From an uncultured Campylobacterales bacterium (GTDB taxonomy: Bacteria > Campylobacterota > Campylobacteria > Campylobacterales > QNZT01): DNA of 64,000 nucleotides. Position numbers and translations under genes: made by a program. Each line of letters starts with the position of its first letter. Position 1 is the stretch's first letter. Shown here piece after piece: positions 16,367-27,366 of this stretch. Below the pieces are notes generated by a model, which was given only the letters and a program-made list of their open reading frames with translations, searched no databases and had not been told where the DNA came from. The DNA lies in assembly GCA_964443745.1 (NCBI GenBank), contig CAYUEN010000003.1:10918-74917 (forward strand). Direction: 5' to 3'.

Positions 16367-18745
16367 TCACTGGCAGCTCAAACACTCGATACTGCGGTCA
16401 GCGACGTCGTTTTGGGCTTCCGGAGACTGGCTTCTTAGGTAGTAGGTCGACTTGAGCCCCAGTTTCCAGGCGAGCATATAGATATCGTTGAGGTATTTTC
16501 CGCTCGCTTTGTCGAGGGTGATGAAAATATTGAGACTCTGTCCTTGGTCGATCCACTTCTGCCGAATCGCCGCCGCTTTGACCAGGACGCGTTGATCCAG
16601 ATCGTAGGCGGGAGTGTAATACGGCCAGGTGTCGGGGCTGAGTTTGGGTACGACGACGGGGATCAGCCCGCTGAGGTTCTCTTCGAACCATTTGCGCTTG
16701 TAAACCGGTTCGATCGTCTGTGTCGTACCCACGAGAATGGAGATGGAGCTCGTCGGGGCGATCGCCATCAGATAGCCGTTGCGCATCCCGTCTTTTTTTA
16801 CTTTCTCTTTGAGTGCCTGCCAGTCGTAAGTGTAGCCAAACAGCCCTCCCCGGTCGACCAGTTTCTTCGCCTCTTCGTTCGCCAGGTCGATCGGGAAGAT
16901 TCCTTTGCTCCAGTTGGAGCCCTCGAAATCGGGATAGCTTCCTTTTTCGATCGCGAGATTGGAAGAGGCTTTGATCGCGTTGTAGCTGACCGCCTCCATC
17001 ACCTCGTCGATTTTCCGTAGATGTTCGTCGCTGCCCCATGCGATCTGCTGCTCTGCGAGCATCTGCGCTTCTCCCATCACGCCCAGGCCAATCGACCGGC
17101 TGGAGAGGTTGGTCTGCTTGACTTTTTCCAGCGGATAGAAGTTGAGATCGATCACGTTGTCCAGCATACGAATCGCGATCGGCATGATGCGTTCGATATC
17201 CTCTTTGGTATGAATTTTGGAGAGGTTGATGCTGGCGAGGTTGCAGACGGCCGTTTTGCCGTCGATCTTCTCCTTCTCGACCATAAACACCTGTTTGCCG
17301 CCGATACTATCCAAAGCCGTTACCTTTTTGGCTTTTTTAGTCACGCCGGTATCGACTTCGACCTCCTCTTCTTCATCGTAGAATGCAGTACTGCCGTCGT
17401 CGAATTTGAGTTTGATGCGATATCGGTTGGGTTCGGTATTTTGGAAAATTTCGGTGCAGAGGTTGGAACTGCGTATCATACCGGTATGGGTGTTGGGATT
17501 GACGCGGTTGGCGTTGTCTTTGAAACAGAGAAACGGATTTCCAGTCTCGAAATAGCTGAGCAGAATCTTTTTCCAAAGCTCTTTGGCGCTGATACTCTCT
17601 TTGAGTATGTCGGGGTCTCTTTCATACGCCTCGTAACGCTCTTCGAACGCTTTACCATGCAGATTGGGTAGATCGGGTGTTTCGAGCGGATCGAAAAGAG
17701 TCCAGATTCCGTTTTCTTCGACACGCTTCATAAATAGATCGTTCAGCCACAATGCGGGAAAGAGATCATGTGCGCGTCTTCGCTCCTCTCCGGAGTTTTT
17801 CTTCAGATCGAGAAAATCGAGTATATCGATATGCCAAGGCTCGATATAGACGGCGATCGCTCCTTTTCGGGTACCCAACTGATCCACGGCGATCGCGACG
17901 TCGTTGGCGATCTTGAGAAACGGTACGATACCTCCGGCCGCGTTTTTGTGTCCGTCGATCGCGCTGCCCATTCCTCTGACTCCCGTCCAATCCCATCCGA
18001 TTCCACCGCCGAATTTGCTCAACAGCGCCATCTCTTTGTAACCGTCGAAAATCCCCTCGATATTGTCCGGAGTACTGCCGATATAGCAGGAGCTCAGCTG
18101 ATGTCTGGGCGTTCTGGCGTTGGAGAGGGTCGGCGTGGCGAGCATCACTTCGAATTTGCTGATCAAATCGTAGAATTTCTTCGCCCAATCCTGAGGGTTG
18201 AATTCGTTTTGGGCCAGAAACATCGCGATCGCCATGAACATATGCTGCGGCAATTCGATGGGATTGCCCCGGCGATCTTTGAGCAGATAGCGATCATATA
18301 GCGTGCGTACTCCCAGATAGGTAAACTGCAGGTCTCGTTTTGGGTCGATATAGGCGTTCAGGTCGTCCAGATCGTATTTTTCCTTGAGCCCAAGCAGAAT
18401 GCGCCCCTCTTTTTCACCTTTTTCGAAATAGTCTCTAAGATGTATGTAGCCGGTAAAACCACTTACTTTGTGATAGAGATCGTAGAGAAAGAGCCGTGCC
18501 GCGACGAACGTCCAATCCGGCCTGTCGACATCGATCTTGTCTACCGCGGTTTTGATCAGTGTCTGCTGGATCTCTTCCGTACTGATGCGATCGCGAAACT
18601 GGATATGCGCGTCTAGTTCCAGTTCGCTCTGGCTGACGTTTTCGAGTCCTTCCACCGCTTCACCGGTATATTTTTGAATCTTCGTGATATCGAGCGGTTC
18701 GATACGGCCGTTTCTTTTGGTTACGGTTAACATTTTACTTGTCAT
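16367..18745 (-). CDS. nrdA: Ribonucleoside-diphosphate reductase alpha subunit (class I)
   Basis: ATP cone VTKRNG, ATPTL, LSSC, SNLCTEI, CNLAS, KSTYY, C-terminal CxxC. Confidence 0.97.
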   Translation of the reverse strand: MTSKMLTVTKRNGRIEPLDITKIQKYTGEAVEGLENVSQSELELDAHIQFRDRISTEEIQQTLIKTAVDKIDVDRPDWTFVAARLFLYDLYHKVSGFTGYIHLRDYFEKGEKEGRILLGLKEKYDLDDLNAYIDPKRDLQFTYLGVRTLYDRYLLKDRRGNPIELPQHMFMAIAMFLAQNEFNPQDWAKKFYDLISKFEVMLATPTLSNARTPRHQLSSCYIGSTPDNIEGIFDGYKEMALLSKFGGGIGWDWTGVRGMGSAIDGHKNAAGGIVPFLKIANDVAIAVDQLGTRKGAIAVYIEPWHIDILDFLDLKKNSGEERRRAHDLFPALWLNDLFMKRVEENGIWTLFDPLETPDLPNLHGKAFEERYEAYERDPDILKESISAKELWKKILLSYFETGNPFLCFKDNANRVNPNTHTGMIRSSNLCTEIFQNTEPNRYRIKLKFDDGSTAFYDEEEEVEVDTGVTKKAKKVTALDSIGGKQVFMVEKEKIDGKTAVCNLASINLSKIHTKEDIERIMPIAIRMLDNVIDLNFYPLEKVKQTNLSSRSIGLGVMGEAQMLAEQQIAWGSDEHLRKIDEVMEAVSYNAIKASSNLAIEKGSYPDFEGSNWSKGIFPIDLANEEAKKLVDRGGLFGYTYDWQALKEKVKKDGMRNGYLMAIAPTSSISILVGTTQTIEPVYKRKWFEENLSGLIPVVVPKLSPDTWPYYTPAYDLDQRVLVKAAAIRQKWIDQGQSLNIFITLDKASGKYLNDIYMLAWKLGLKSTYYLRSQSPEAQNDVADRSIECLSCQ

Positions 18746-20073
18746 TCTCCAAATACCCTATTGAAAATTTTATCGACGTTTTTGGTGTAGTAGGCATAGT
18801 CGAAGCATGCCCGGATCTCCTCCTCCTTCAACTTTTTGCGCAGTGCTTCATCCTGCAGGAGATATTGCAAAAAGAGGCTTTCTCCCTTTTCGTTGAGCGC
18901 CGATTTGCCCTGTTGCAGATCCTGCCACACTTTCATGGCGTTTCGCTGGACGATTTTGTAGGCGTCTTCCCGACTGACACCTCTTTTGGGCAATTCCAGC
19001 AGCACCCGCTGCGAAAAGACGAGCCCGCCGGTGAGGTTGAGGTTTTTCATCATGTTTTCCGGATAGACCAGGAGCTTTTCGATCACGCCGTTGAGACGAT
19101 GCAACATAAAGTCGGTCGTGATGAAACCGTCAGGTAGGATGAAACGTTCGACGGAGCTGTGGCTGATGTCGCGCTCATGCCAAAGTGGTACGTTTTCCAT
19201 CGCCGGCATCGCATAGGAGCGGATCATACGGCAAAGTCCCGTGATATTTTCGGTCAGGACGGGATTTCGTTTGTGAGGCATCGCGGAAGAACCTTTTTGT
19301 CCGGGTGAAAAATACTCTTCCGCTTCGTACACCTCCGTACGTTGATAGTGGCGGATATTGACCGCGATCTTTTCGCAACTGGAGGCCAGAAGGGCGAGGG
19401 CGTTCATCAAATTGGCGTAACGGTCACGTTGTACGACCTGGTTGGAAACGGGAGCGGGTTTGAGCCCCAGATCCTCGCAGACGAGCTCTTCGAGCTCCAT
19501 AGGGGCGTGTGCGAAGTTGCCCATTGCGCCGCTGATCTTTCCGACGGAGACGACCTCCATCGCTTGTTCGAGATTGCGGAGATTTCGTTTCATCTCGTCG
19601 TACCATATCGCCAGTACCAATCCGAAGGTGATGGGCTCGCCATGAATGCCGTGGCTGCGTCCGACCATCAGCGTCATTTTGTGTTCAAACGCCCTCTTTT
19701 TGAGCGAACGCATCACCATCTTCACATCTTCGATGACGATTTTCAGCGAATCGCGCATCTGAAGGGCTACGGCGGTATCGATACAGTCGGAGCTGGTCAT
19801 ACCGTAATGAACCCAACGACTCTCCTCTCCGAGCGATTCGGCTACGCTGGTGAGAAAAGCGATCACGTCATGACGCGTCTCTTTTTCTATTTCTTCGATA
19901 CGCTTTATATCGAATTTCGCGTTTTCGACGATTTTTTTGCAATCTTCGTCCGGTACCAGCCCCAGCTTGTTCCACGCTTTGACTGCCGACTTTTCGACTC
20001 TGAGCCAGGCGTCGTATTTGGCCTGTACCGTCCAGTTTTTCTTCATCTCTTCACGGGCATAACGTTCGACCAT
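18742..20073 (-). CDS. purB: Adenylosuccinate lyase
   Basis: HDVIAF, GRSHG, GSSAMPHKRNP. Confidence 0.97.
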   Translation of the reverse strand: MVERYAREEMKKNWTVQAKYDAWLRVEKSAVKAWNKLGLVPDEDCKKIVENAKFDIKRIEEIEKETRHDVIAFLTSVAESLGEESRWVHYGMTSSDCIDTAVALQMRDSLKIVIEDVKMVMRSLKKRAFEHKMTLMVGRSHGIHGEPITFGLVLAIWYDEMKRNLRNLEQAMEVVSVGKISGAMGNFAHAPMELEELVCEDLGLKPAPVSNQVVQRDRYANLMNALALLASSCEKIAVNIRHYQRTEVYEAEEYFSPGQKGSSAMPHKRNPVLTENITGLCRMIRSYAMPAMENVPLWHERDISHSSVERFILPDGFITTDFMLHRLNGVIEKLLVYPENMMKNLNLTGGLVFSQRVLLELPKRGVSREDAYKIVQRNAMKVWQDLQQGKSALNEKGESLFLQYLLQDEALRKKLKEEEIRACFDYAYYTKNVDKIFNRVFGE

Positions 20074-20194
20074 GCATCAGTACCTTTTTGTATATTATTA
20101 GATTTAACTTAAAATTTGAGATAATTTAATTGTTTTTAGTATAAAAAGATTCTAACCCATTCGCCGTTAAATACCGGTTAAAAAAGGATTAAAT

Positions 20195-21121
20195 TTGTCA
20201 TATAAAATAAAGCAGTTTTCGGTCAAAAGAAAAGTTAAAGTTTTTAAGTTTTTGATCGATCAATTCAACCTTTCGATCTCCGAAGCGCAACGTTGGATCG
20301 ACAAAGGCAGGGTGTTGAAGGAGGGGATGCCGCTCTATCAAAAGTCGGCCTTTATAGAAGGCGAAATCGGCGTGATCTGTTTCGTTCCGGATACGATAGG
20401 ATTGGAGCCGCTTTTCGAGACGGACGATTTCGTTCTTTTCGACAAACCCAGCGGCGTACCGGTGCATCCGATAAACAGACACTCCGCCCGTACGCTGACG
20501 CACGAGCTCAAGTTTCGCTACGGTCCCAGGGCCAATATCGCCCATCGAATCGACAAAGAGACGAGCGGTGTGGTACTGTGTGCGAAACGTCCCGATGTGG
20601 AGAGAAGACTCAAGCTATCGTTCGAAAATCGAGAAGTAGAGAAGGGCTATCTCGCACTTGTCAAAGGTGCTATCGAAGAGGAGATTTTCATCGATGCCCC
20701 TATCGGCAAAAACAGAGACTTTTCGGAAATCAAACTGAAGGTTTTCATAGACGAAAACGGGAAATCTTCCCAAACCATCATCAAGCCTATCAGATATTTT
20801 CCGGAGCAGAAGATGACGCTTGTCGAAGCTATCCCGCTAACGGGTCGACAGCATCAAATCCGAATCCATCTGTTTCACGTGAAACATCCCATCGTTGGAG
20901 ACCCTATCTATGGTACGGATAAAGAGCAAGCGACTGCTTATCTGGATGGTTTGATGGACGATGCGCAAAGAAAAGCCGTAACCGGAGCAAACAGGCTGAT
21001 GCTTCATGCCGATTGGATAGCGTTTCGGTACAAAAACAGATTCAAAATCAAATCGAAATATGCTTTTGAAACGGAGTGTGAAAAGCTTATCGCTTCTCTT
21101 TGTCGAAAAAGATCGCTTTGA
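20195..21121 (+). CDS. RluA-family pseudouridine synthase
   Basis: KPSG, HRIDKETSG, TGRQHQIR, LHA. Confidence 0.92.
   Translation: MSYKIKQFSVKRKVKVFKFLIDQFNLSISEAQRWIDKGRVLKEGMPLYQKSAFIEGEIGVICFVPDTIGLEPLFETDDFVLFDKPSGVPVHPINRHSARTLTHELKFRYGPRANIAHRIDKETSGVVLCAKRPDVERRLKLSFENREVEKGYLALVKGAIEEEIFIDAPIGKNRDFSEIKLKVFIDENGKSSQTIIKPIRYFPEQKMTLVEAIPLTGRQHQIRIHLFHVKHPIVGDPIYGTDKEQATAYLDGLMDDAQRKAVTGANRLMLHADWIAFRYKNRFKIKSKYAFETECEKLIASLCRKRSL
20871..20886. other. parS centromere site
   Basis: Perfect palindrome TGTTTCACGTGAAACA matching the bacterial parS consensus. Confidence 0.9.
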
Positions 21122-21177
21122 TCATTCCGCCGACACCGACGATAAAAACAATCGAAATAAAAACGATTTGTACTATG

Positions 21178-22248
21178 TCAAGAATGGTCATTTTTCGTCT
21201 TCTCCCTCAACTGACCGCAAGCCGCACTGATGTCGAGCCCTTTGGATTGTCTGATCGTGCATAGTACGCCGTGTTTGATGAGATACTCCTGAAACGCGAG
21301 CATATCTTCTTTTTCGGGGCGTTGAAAAGGTGAGCCGGGGTAGGGATTGAAATAGATGAGATTGACTTTCGCTTTGATTCCATGCAGAAGTTTGACCAGC
21401 TTTTTTGCGCTTTTGATATCGTCGTTCAAACCTTTCATCACCAGATATTCGAACATGACACGTTTGCGTTGGTCAATGGGAAAATTTTTGACGGCGTCGA
21501 TGATCGATTCGATATTGTAAGCTTTGTTGATCGGCATCAGTTTCTCGCGCAACGTATCGTCCACGGCATGGAGTGAGATAGCGAGCAATACGCCCAGATT
21601 CATCTCGCCCAGCTTCTTTATTTGTGAACTAAGACCGCTGGTCGAAATCGTCTGGCGTCTCGCGGATATCGACAGACCGTCTGGATCGTTGAAAATCTTC
21701 ACGGCCTTCGCCACATTCTCTATATTGTCGAGTGGTTCGCCCATACCCATATAGACGATATTGAGCCTGCGGTTGTGGGCGATACGGTTGTCTTTTTTGA
21801 TTTCCAGCACCTGAGCGACGATCTCGCCGGCCGTGAGGTTTCTGGTAAAACCCCCTTTGGCGGTCAGACAAAATGCGCATCCGATTTTGCATCCCACTTG
21901 TGAAGAGACACAAACGGTGTATTTGGTCTCTTGCAGTAGTTTACCGCTATCGTCGTAACGCGCCTTTTTCATCGGAAGCAGGACCGATTCGATCGTGACG
22001 CCGTCACGGCATCGAAACAGATATTTTTTGCTTCCGTCACCGCTCTCTTCGACGTTTACGGTTTGAAGAGGGCTAAGATCGTACGCCTCATCCAGTTGGG
22101 CTCGCAATTTTTTGGGTATGTTTCGCATCGCTTCGAAACTCTCCGCATGTTTTTGATAGATCCATTGATAGATCTGTGTCGCCCTGAACGGGGGAGAGAT
22201 TGTTTCCGCAAGTTCGGTTTTTGTCAGATCGAGAATGCACCGTTTCAC
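21178..22248 (-). CDS. rlmN: 23S rRNA m2A2503 methyltransferase (radical SAM)
   Basis: [29 protein letters not shown]. Confidence 0.96.
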   Translation of the reverse strand: MKRCILDLTKTELAETISPPFRATQIYQWIYQKHAESFEAMRNIPKKLRAQLDEAYDLSPLQTVNVEESGDGSKKYLFRCRDGVTIESVLLPMKKARYDDSGKLLQETKYTVCVSSQVGCKIGCAFCLTAKGGFTRNLTAGEIVAQVLEIKKDNRIAHNRRLNIVYMGMGEPLDNIENVAKAVKIFNDPDGLSISARRQTISTSGLSSQIKKLGEMNLGVLLAISLHAVDDTLREKLMPINKAYNIESIIDAVKNFPIDQRKRVMFEYLVMKGLNDDIKSAKKLVKLLHGIKAKVNLIYFNPYPGSPFQRPEKEDMLAFQEYLIKHGVLCTIRQSKGLDISAACGQLREKTKNDHS

Positions 22249-22253
22249 CTGTT

Positions 22254-22799
22254 TTACGTCTCCTTTCTGCTTTGCAGATAGTCGGTAAGAAGTTTTTTCG
22301 CTTCGGTGTGGTTTGCCAGGAAATCTTCGTGCGCGTTGGTGTCGCAGTAGTTGGTGACGACGAAGATGCCGGCCACGGGAATATCAAACTCCTTCGCGAC
22401 GCTCATTACGGAAAAAAACTCCATATTTTCGATTTCGAGCCCCAATTTTCTGAATTTTTGCGCCGCGTTGAAATCGGTAGTGATATAATTGCTCGAGTTG
22501 ACGATGATTTTCGGGTTTGTTTCACGTGAAACATCAGCCGTTTCCAGATCGATGACGTTGTCGATCGGGGTGTATGCGGCGTTTTGGACGAAAGCGTATT
22601 CGACATTGGCCGCTGCCGTAGCACGGACGATGTCGAAGGGCTTGTATTTTCCGTAACTACCCGCCGTACCGATGAATAGCAGCGTGTCGGGGGGATCGAA
22701 AAGAGCCAGCCGAGTAAGATTGATCGCGCTTTCCACCATACCGACACCGATGGGGAAAGCGAAAGGAAACGTCTCGTTTCTGCCCGCACATACGATCAT
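22254..22799 (-). CDS. Nucleoside phosphorylase-family protein (PNP_UDP_1-like)
   Basis: [20 protein letters not shown]. Confidence 0.8.
   Translation of the reverse strand: MIVCAGRNETFPFAFPIGVGMVESAINLTRLALFDPPDTLLFIGTAGSYGKYKPFDIVRATAAANVEYAFVQNAAYTPIDNVIDLETADVSRETNPKIIVNSSNYITTDFNAAQKFRKLGLEIENMEFFSVMSVAKEFDIPVAGIFVVTNYCDTNAHEDFLANHTEAKKLLTDYLQSRKET
22518..22533. other. parS centromere site
   Basis: Second perfect TGTTTCACGTGAAACA. Confidence 0.9.
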
Positions 22800-23458
22800 T
22801 TACACTCCAGTTGGAAGGTGGCGTTGATGCTGATGTTTTGAAGATCCCTTTGCGGTGTCGGGGCGAAATCCCGCTTTTGGATGGGCATGGCACTTTCGGC
22901 ATAGGGAGAGGGGTAGCGTACGGGGATGAAGGAGACATCCTTGATAAGGCAGGAGGTTTTGAGACTCTTCGAGAGTTTTTTGGTGTATCTGTTGATCCAA
23001 AGAAGCGCCTCGAGTCTGAGTTGATCCTTTTTGCCGCGCAGTTGTTTGTCGCTCATAATCCATGAAAGAGAGGCGATGTTGATATCTTCGGTTTTGGATT
23101 CTTTGAGCGTATGCAGTTTTTCGAGAAATGTGTCGATCTGTTTGGGATCTTTGCTTTGGATGCGGTAGGAGAGGGTGCCGGTATAGCCCGTTTTGTATCG
23201 ACGATTACGCTCGTAGTTGTATTCGGGATAGACGTTGAAATTACCCCCTCTTTTGACGACATCGGGAAAATTTCTGACGAAATTCGCGTAACGTGTAAGC
23301 TTACGGATGACACTTTTTTCATCTGTATCTTTGACGGTGACGGAGATAGAAGCTTGCAGCGTGTCGGGTACGATCTCGTGTTCGAAACTCTTTTCGAATT
23401 CGATGGTGTAGGCAAACAGCGAAACGAGAAGTAGCGGGAGTGCGAGAATGATTTTCAT
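22796..23458 (-). CDS. Exported SIMPL (DUF541)-like protein
   Basis: Signal peptide; PD motif, NVYPEYNY...TGY, C-terminal beta strand. Confidence 0.7.
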   Translation of the reverse strand: MKIILALPLLLVSLFAYTIEFEKSFEHEIVPDTLQASISVTVKDTDEKSVIRKLTRYANFVRNFPDVVKRGGNFNVYPEYNYERNRRYKTGYTGTLSYRIQSKDPKQIDTFLEKLHTLKESKTEDINIASLSWIMSDKQLRGKKDQLRLEALLWINRYTKKLSKSLKTSCLIKDVSFIPVRYPSPYAESAMPIQKRDFAPTPQRDLQNISINATFQLECK

Positions 23459-23460
23459 AT

Positions 23461-24219
23461 TCAGATCCTTACCGGAATGTTGCGTTGGCCAAGATAGTGT
23501 TTGAGCTCTAAGATGTCGATCTCTCTGAAATGGAAGATCGAAGCGGCGAGGGCGGCATCCGCTCCCGATTGGAACGCGTCGTAGATATGTTCCATCGTGC
23601 CGGCGCCTCCGCTGGCGATGACGGGAATCTCCACGGCGGCGCTGACGAGCGAGTTGAGTTCGTTGTCATAACCCGCTTTGGTGCCGTCCGCGTCCATCGA
23701 AGTCAAAAGAATTTCGCCGGCACCTCTGTCGTAGACCTCTTTGGCCCAAGCGATCGCATCGATACCGGTATCGATGCGTCCGCCGTTGAGATAGATGTTC
23801 CAACTATTGCCGGTTCGTTTGGCATCGATCGCGATGACGATACACTGGCTGCCGAAACGCTTGGCGGCTTCGTCGACGAAATCGGGATTTTTGATAGCGG
23901 CGGAGTTGATGCTGACTTTGTCGCAACCGACATCCAGAAGATTGTAGATATCCTCGAGTTTGCGGATTCCGCCCCCGACCGTAAGGGGTATGAATACCTC
24001 CTTCGCGACTTCCTCGACGATATGCACGATCGTATCCCTCTTTTCGTGGCTGGCGGTGATATCCAAAAACGTAATCTCGTCAGCTCCTTCGTCGTTGTAT
24101 CTTTTGGCGACTTCCACGGGATCTCCGGCATCCCTGAGGCCCACGAAATTGACGCCTTTGACGACGCGGCCGTTGTCCACATCGAGGCAGGGGATGATCC
24201 TTTTGGCAAAAAAATCCAT
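23461..24219 (-). CDS. hisF: Imidazole glycerol phosphate synthase cyclase subunit
   Basis: [29 protein letters not shown]. Confidence 0.97.
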   Translation of the reverse strand: MDFFAKRIIPCLDVDNGRVVKGVNFVGLRDAGDPVEVAKRYNDEGADEITFLDITASHEKRDTIVHIVEEVAKEVFIPLTVGGGIRKLEDIYNLLDVGCDKVSINSAAIKNPDFVDEAAKRFGSQCIVIAIDAKRTGNSWNIYLNGGRIDTGIDAIAWAKEVYDRGAGEILLTSMDADGTKAGYDNELNSLVSAAVEIPVIASGGAGTMEHIYDAFQSGADAALAASIFHFREIDILELKHYLGQRNIPVRI

Positions 24220-24328
24220 TCGGTCCTTCTTTAAATCAGTCTTAATTTCATCTTAGCGAAACGAGGCTAAAAAACCGATCATGAAAGCGGTGTTCGTAGC
24301 GGTGGAGAATTTACCGTATTATGAAGAT

Positions 24329-25339
24329 TCACTCCTCTTCCTTGAGGGCGCACAGTTGCATGGAGGAGCAGTGGATGCTACCGCCTTCACGAATCAGTCG
24401 GCGCGCATCGATCGGAATGATTTCCCGATCCGGAAAGAGCGATTTGAAAAGATCGACGACCTCGCCGTCCTTTCGATCTTGGTAGAGAGGAAGCAAGATC
24501 GCATGGTTTGTGATCAGAAAGTTGGCGTAGGAGGCGGGAAGACGTTTGGATTCGTGAAAAATGGGATCGGGCAGGGGTAGAGGGATGAGACGATAGGGAT
24601 CTCCCGTCTTGGTCCTGAAGGTGGAAAGCTGCTTTTTCATCTCCCGAAGCGGCCTATAGTGGGGATCGGAAGGATCTTCGCAAACGATATGTACGATGGT
24701 TCGGGGATCGACGAAACGGGCGAGCATATCGATATGCGCATCCGTATCGTCGCCAAGAAGCATGCCATGATCGAGCCAGAGTATCCGATCGATACCGAGA
24801 TAGGAGGCAAGTTGCTCTTCTATTTGGGATTTGCTCAATCCTGGATTTCTGTTGGGATTAAGCAGGCAGGAGGAGGTGGTCAGCAGCGTGCCACGGCCGT
24901 CTGTGTCGATGGAGCCGCCCTCCAGAACAAAATCGACCGACTGTACGTTCGATGGATAGAAAAACCACTTTCGGGCGAGTCGACGGGTGACCTTGTCGTC
25001 TTTTCGAAAAGGAAATTTCCCACCCCAAGCGTTGAATCTAAAATCCAGAAGCAGTCGCTTTCCGTTTTCGTAAACGCTAATCGGCCCGTAATCCCGAATC
25101 CAGGTGTCGTCGTAATCTAGTTCGACGAAAGAGATTTTATCGTGATAGCAGAGCATCGATTTGACCAGATCCCTGTCATGGCAGAGAAGGATGGTTTTTT
25201 GGCGATAGCTGACGGCACTGACCATTTTCAAAAATACGGAGTAGGCGCTTTGCAGATTCCCGGCCCAATCGCTTTCGGGGTGCGGAAAAGCGAAAAGTAC
25301 GGCTTCTTGTTTCTCCCATTCTGCGGGTAGTCGTCGCAT
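24329..25339 (-). CDS. aguA: Agmatine deiminase
   Basis: PAEWE, WIRDYGP, FNAWG, EGG, DTDAHID, GGSIHC. Confidence 0.9.
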   Translation of the reverse strand: MRRLPAEWEKQEAVLFAFPHPESDWAGNLQSAYSVFLKMVSAVSYRQKTILLCHDRDLVKSMLCYHDKISFVELDYDDTWIRDYGPISVYENGKRLLLDFRFNAWGGKFPFRKDDKVTRRLARKWFFYPSNVQSVDFVLEGGSIDTDGRGTLLTTSSCLLNPNRNPGLSKSQIEEQLASYLGIDRILWLDHGMLLGDDTDAHIDMLARFVDPRTIVHIVCEDPSDPHYRPLREMKKQLSTFRTKTGDPYRLIPLPLPDPIFHESKRLPASYANFLITNHAILLPLYQDRKDGEVVDLFKSLFPDREIIPIDARRLIREGGSIHCSSMQLCALKEEE

Positions 25340-25348
25340 AGAAACTCC

Positions 25349-26449
25349 TTATCGGCGAGCTTTTGGAATTGTAGCATCCAAAAGCGCAAGAAGATCTTCC
25401 TTCTGTTCGCCTTCATAGACGGCGACACTGTTGTCGGTATGCAGATCGCGATCGAAAGCGGTGATCTCTTCTCCGGAAGGACAACGATTGGCACCGCCGT
25501 AGGAGAGACAGGCGAAAACAGCCCAGCTCCTGGCGTATTTGAGCGCTTGGACGAATCGTTTTTGTGTGAAATGGCGATCTCCCTCGAGTGAAGCGACCAT
25601 ACCGGCGCAAAAAGCGTCCCCGGCACCGGTCGAATCGACAAACCGCTCTCCGAGATCGATAGGTCTGAGGACAAAAAGCTTTTCGGGTTCGTTTTTCAAA
25701 ATCGCGAGCGCACCGAATTTGTCGAGTGTGATGATCGCGTTGATTTTCAGCATCGAAAGTTGTCGGATAATTTGGCTGAGGGTAGGAACATAATCGTCGC
25801 TTCCGAAAAGTCGTCTGAATTCGAGATAATTCTGTTGAATGAAATCGAGCTGCTCGAGATAGGGTTTCCAAAATTCGAAACCGTAACCAAGCTGGGTGGC
25901 ACCCATGTTGAGATATATCAGTGCGTTGCGTTCGCGAAAATAGGAAATCGCATAACTTGTGCTGAGCGAAGAGGGGTCGCACGCTCCGATAGGGCGGTCG
26001 TTGTGGATATGGCCGATGATGACCGAGTCCGCATCGAGAGTTCGCTCGAGACGGTTTTCGATAAAAGGCCTGAAGAGATTACGATCGTTGAGATCCTGCG
26101 AGAGTATCGTACGATGGTAGCCTTCTACGATGATGGTCGATCTGGGAGTCGTCAAACCCGGAACGAAAAAGGCGTCGCTTTCGATGAAGCGACGATGCCG
26201 GGCCATATGCGAAGAGAGGCGATCCAGAAGCAAGGATCGGATTCGGTGGCCGATACTGTCGTTGCCCAGAAAAAGAAGAGGATAGACCGCATATCCGGCA
26301 CTCAGCAGACGTAGCGTATAGTTTACGCCGCTACCTCCGTAATGCTCCTCCACGTCGACGAAATTTTTGGAGCCGCGCTCTATCGGATGGTCGCATTTGA
26401 GGATATATTCGATATTCGCACCACCGATGACGACAATGGATCGCTGCAT
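25349..26449 (-). CDS. PfkB-family carbohydrate kinase
   Basis: GGSGVN and DSTGAGDAF signatures. Confidence 0.85.
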   Translation of the reverse strand: MQRSIVVIGGANIEYILKCDHPIERGSKNFVDVEEHYGGSGVNYTLRLLSAGYAVYPLLFLGNDSIGHRIRSLLLDRLSSHMARHRRFIESDAFFVPGLTTPRSTIIVEGYHRTILSQDLNDRNLFRPFIENRLERTLDADSVIIGHIHNDRPIGACDPSSLSTSYAISYFRERNALIYLNMGATQLGYGFEFWKPYLEQLDFIQQNYLEFRRLFGSDDYVPTLSQIIRQLSMLKINAIITLDKFGALAILKNEPEKLFVLRPIDLGERFVDSTGAGDAFCAGMVASLEGDRHFTQKRFVQALKYARSWAVFACLSYGGANRCPSGEEITAFDRDLHTDNSVAVYEGEQKEDLLALLDATIPKARR

Positions 26450-26543
26450 GGCACCCCCTTTATATTAAATCGTCATTTTTATCTAAAATTAAACTGATTA
26501 TAAGTACATTTGAGTATAATTAGATTTTCATAAAAGGCTCATA

Positions 26544-27356
26544 TTGATAGAGGCGAAGAAAAAATTCGGTCAGAATTTTCTGAAAGATGAGTCGATTACG
26601 CAAAAAATCATCCAATCGATGCCCAAAGACGATCTCAAAATCGTCGAAATTGGACCTGGGTTAGGTGATTTAACACGAAAGCTGCTTTCGGACAAAAAGA
26701 GAGTTACAGCTTTCGAAATCGACTTAGAGTTATGTCGTTACCTGCGACGGGAGTTTGCCGAAGCGATAGCGGACGAGAGATTCAAGCTGCATTGCGGCGA
26801 CGTATTGCGCAGATGGGAAGGGGACTCCCTTTCGGAGCGTTCCTACCATCTGGTAGCCAATCTCCCCTATTATGTCGCGACCCGTATCGTTCTAAAAGCG
26901 TTGGCGGATAGAAATTGCCGCTCTTTGCTGATTATGATTCAAAAAGAGGTCGCGGAAAAGTTTGCGGCGAAAGAGGGGCACAAAAGCTTCTCCGCACTCT
27001 CCGTGCTCGCAGGTAGCGTTGCCGATATCGAAATTCTTTTCGAAGTGGCTCCGGACGCTTTCGTTCCGCCGCCGAAAGTGACTTCGGCCGTGCTGAAAAT
27101 GACGAAATTCAAAAATTTCGTCGCGGGTGAAAAAGGGGCGGGATGTTTCGAAAGCGAAACGGATTTCGCCCTTTTCGAAGATTTTTTGCGTGAAGCGTTC
27201 CGCGCACCGCGCAAACAGTTGCTGAAAAACCTCTCCGGGAGATATCCGAAAGAGAGGTTGATCGGGATCTTCGAAGAGCTTGAAATAGCCCGGCAGGCAA
27301 GACCGCATCAACTCTCTGTCAAAAATTATCACCTTTTATTCGATAGATTAAAATAA
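26544..27356 (+). CDS. rsmA: 16S rRNA dimethyladenosine transferase
   Basis: KKFGQNFL, EIGPGLG, NLPY, PPPKVTS. Confidence 0.96.
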   Translation: MIEAKKKFGQNFLKDESITQKIIQSMPKDDLKIVEIGPGLGDLTRKLLSDKKRVTAFEIDLELCRYLRREFAEAIADERFKLHCGDVLRRWEGDSLSERSYHLVANLPYYVATRIVLKALADRNCRSLLIMIQKEVAEKFAAKEGHKSFSALSVLAGSVADIEILFEVAPDAFVPPPKVTSAVLKMTKFKNFVAGEKGAGCFESETDFALFEDFLREAFRAPRKQLLKNLSGRYPKERLIGIFEELEIARQARPHQLSVKNYHLLFDRLK

Positions 27357-27366
27357 AAGGAAACAG

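Noticed and set aside
17250-17440. Extra segment in NrdA between NLCTEI and CNLAS as a possible intein
   Set aside because: Short, with no C/S...HN splice junctions or endonuclease motifs; reads as a lineage-specific loop
16367-18745. nrdA without an adjacent nrdB
   Set aside because: Split nrdA/nrdB is usual in this phylum
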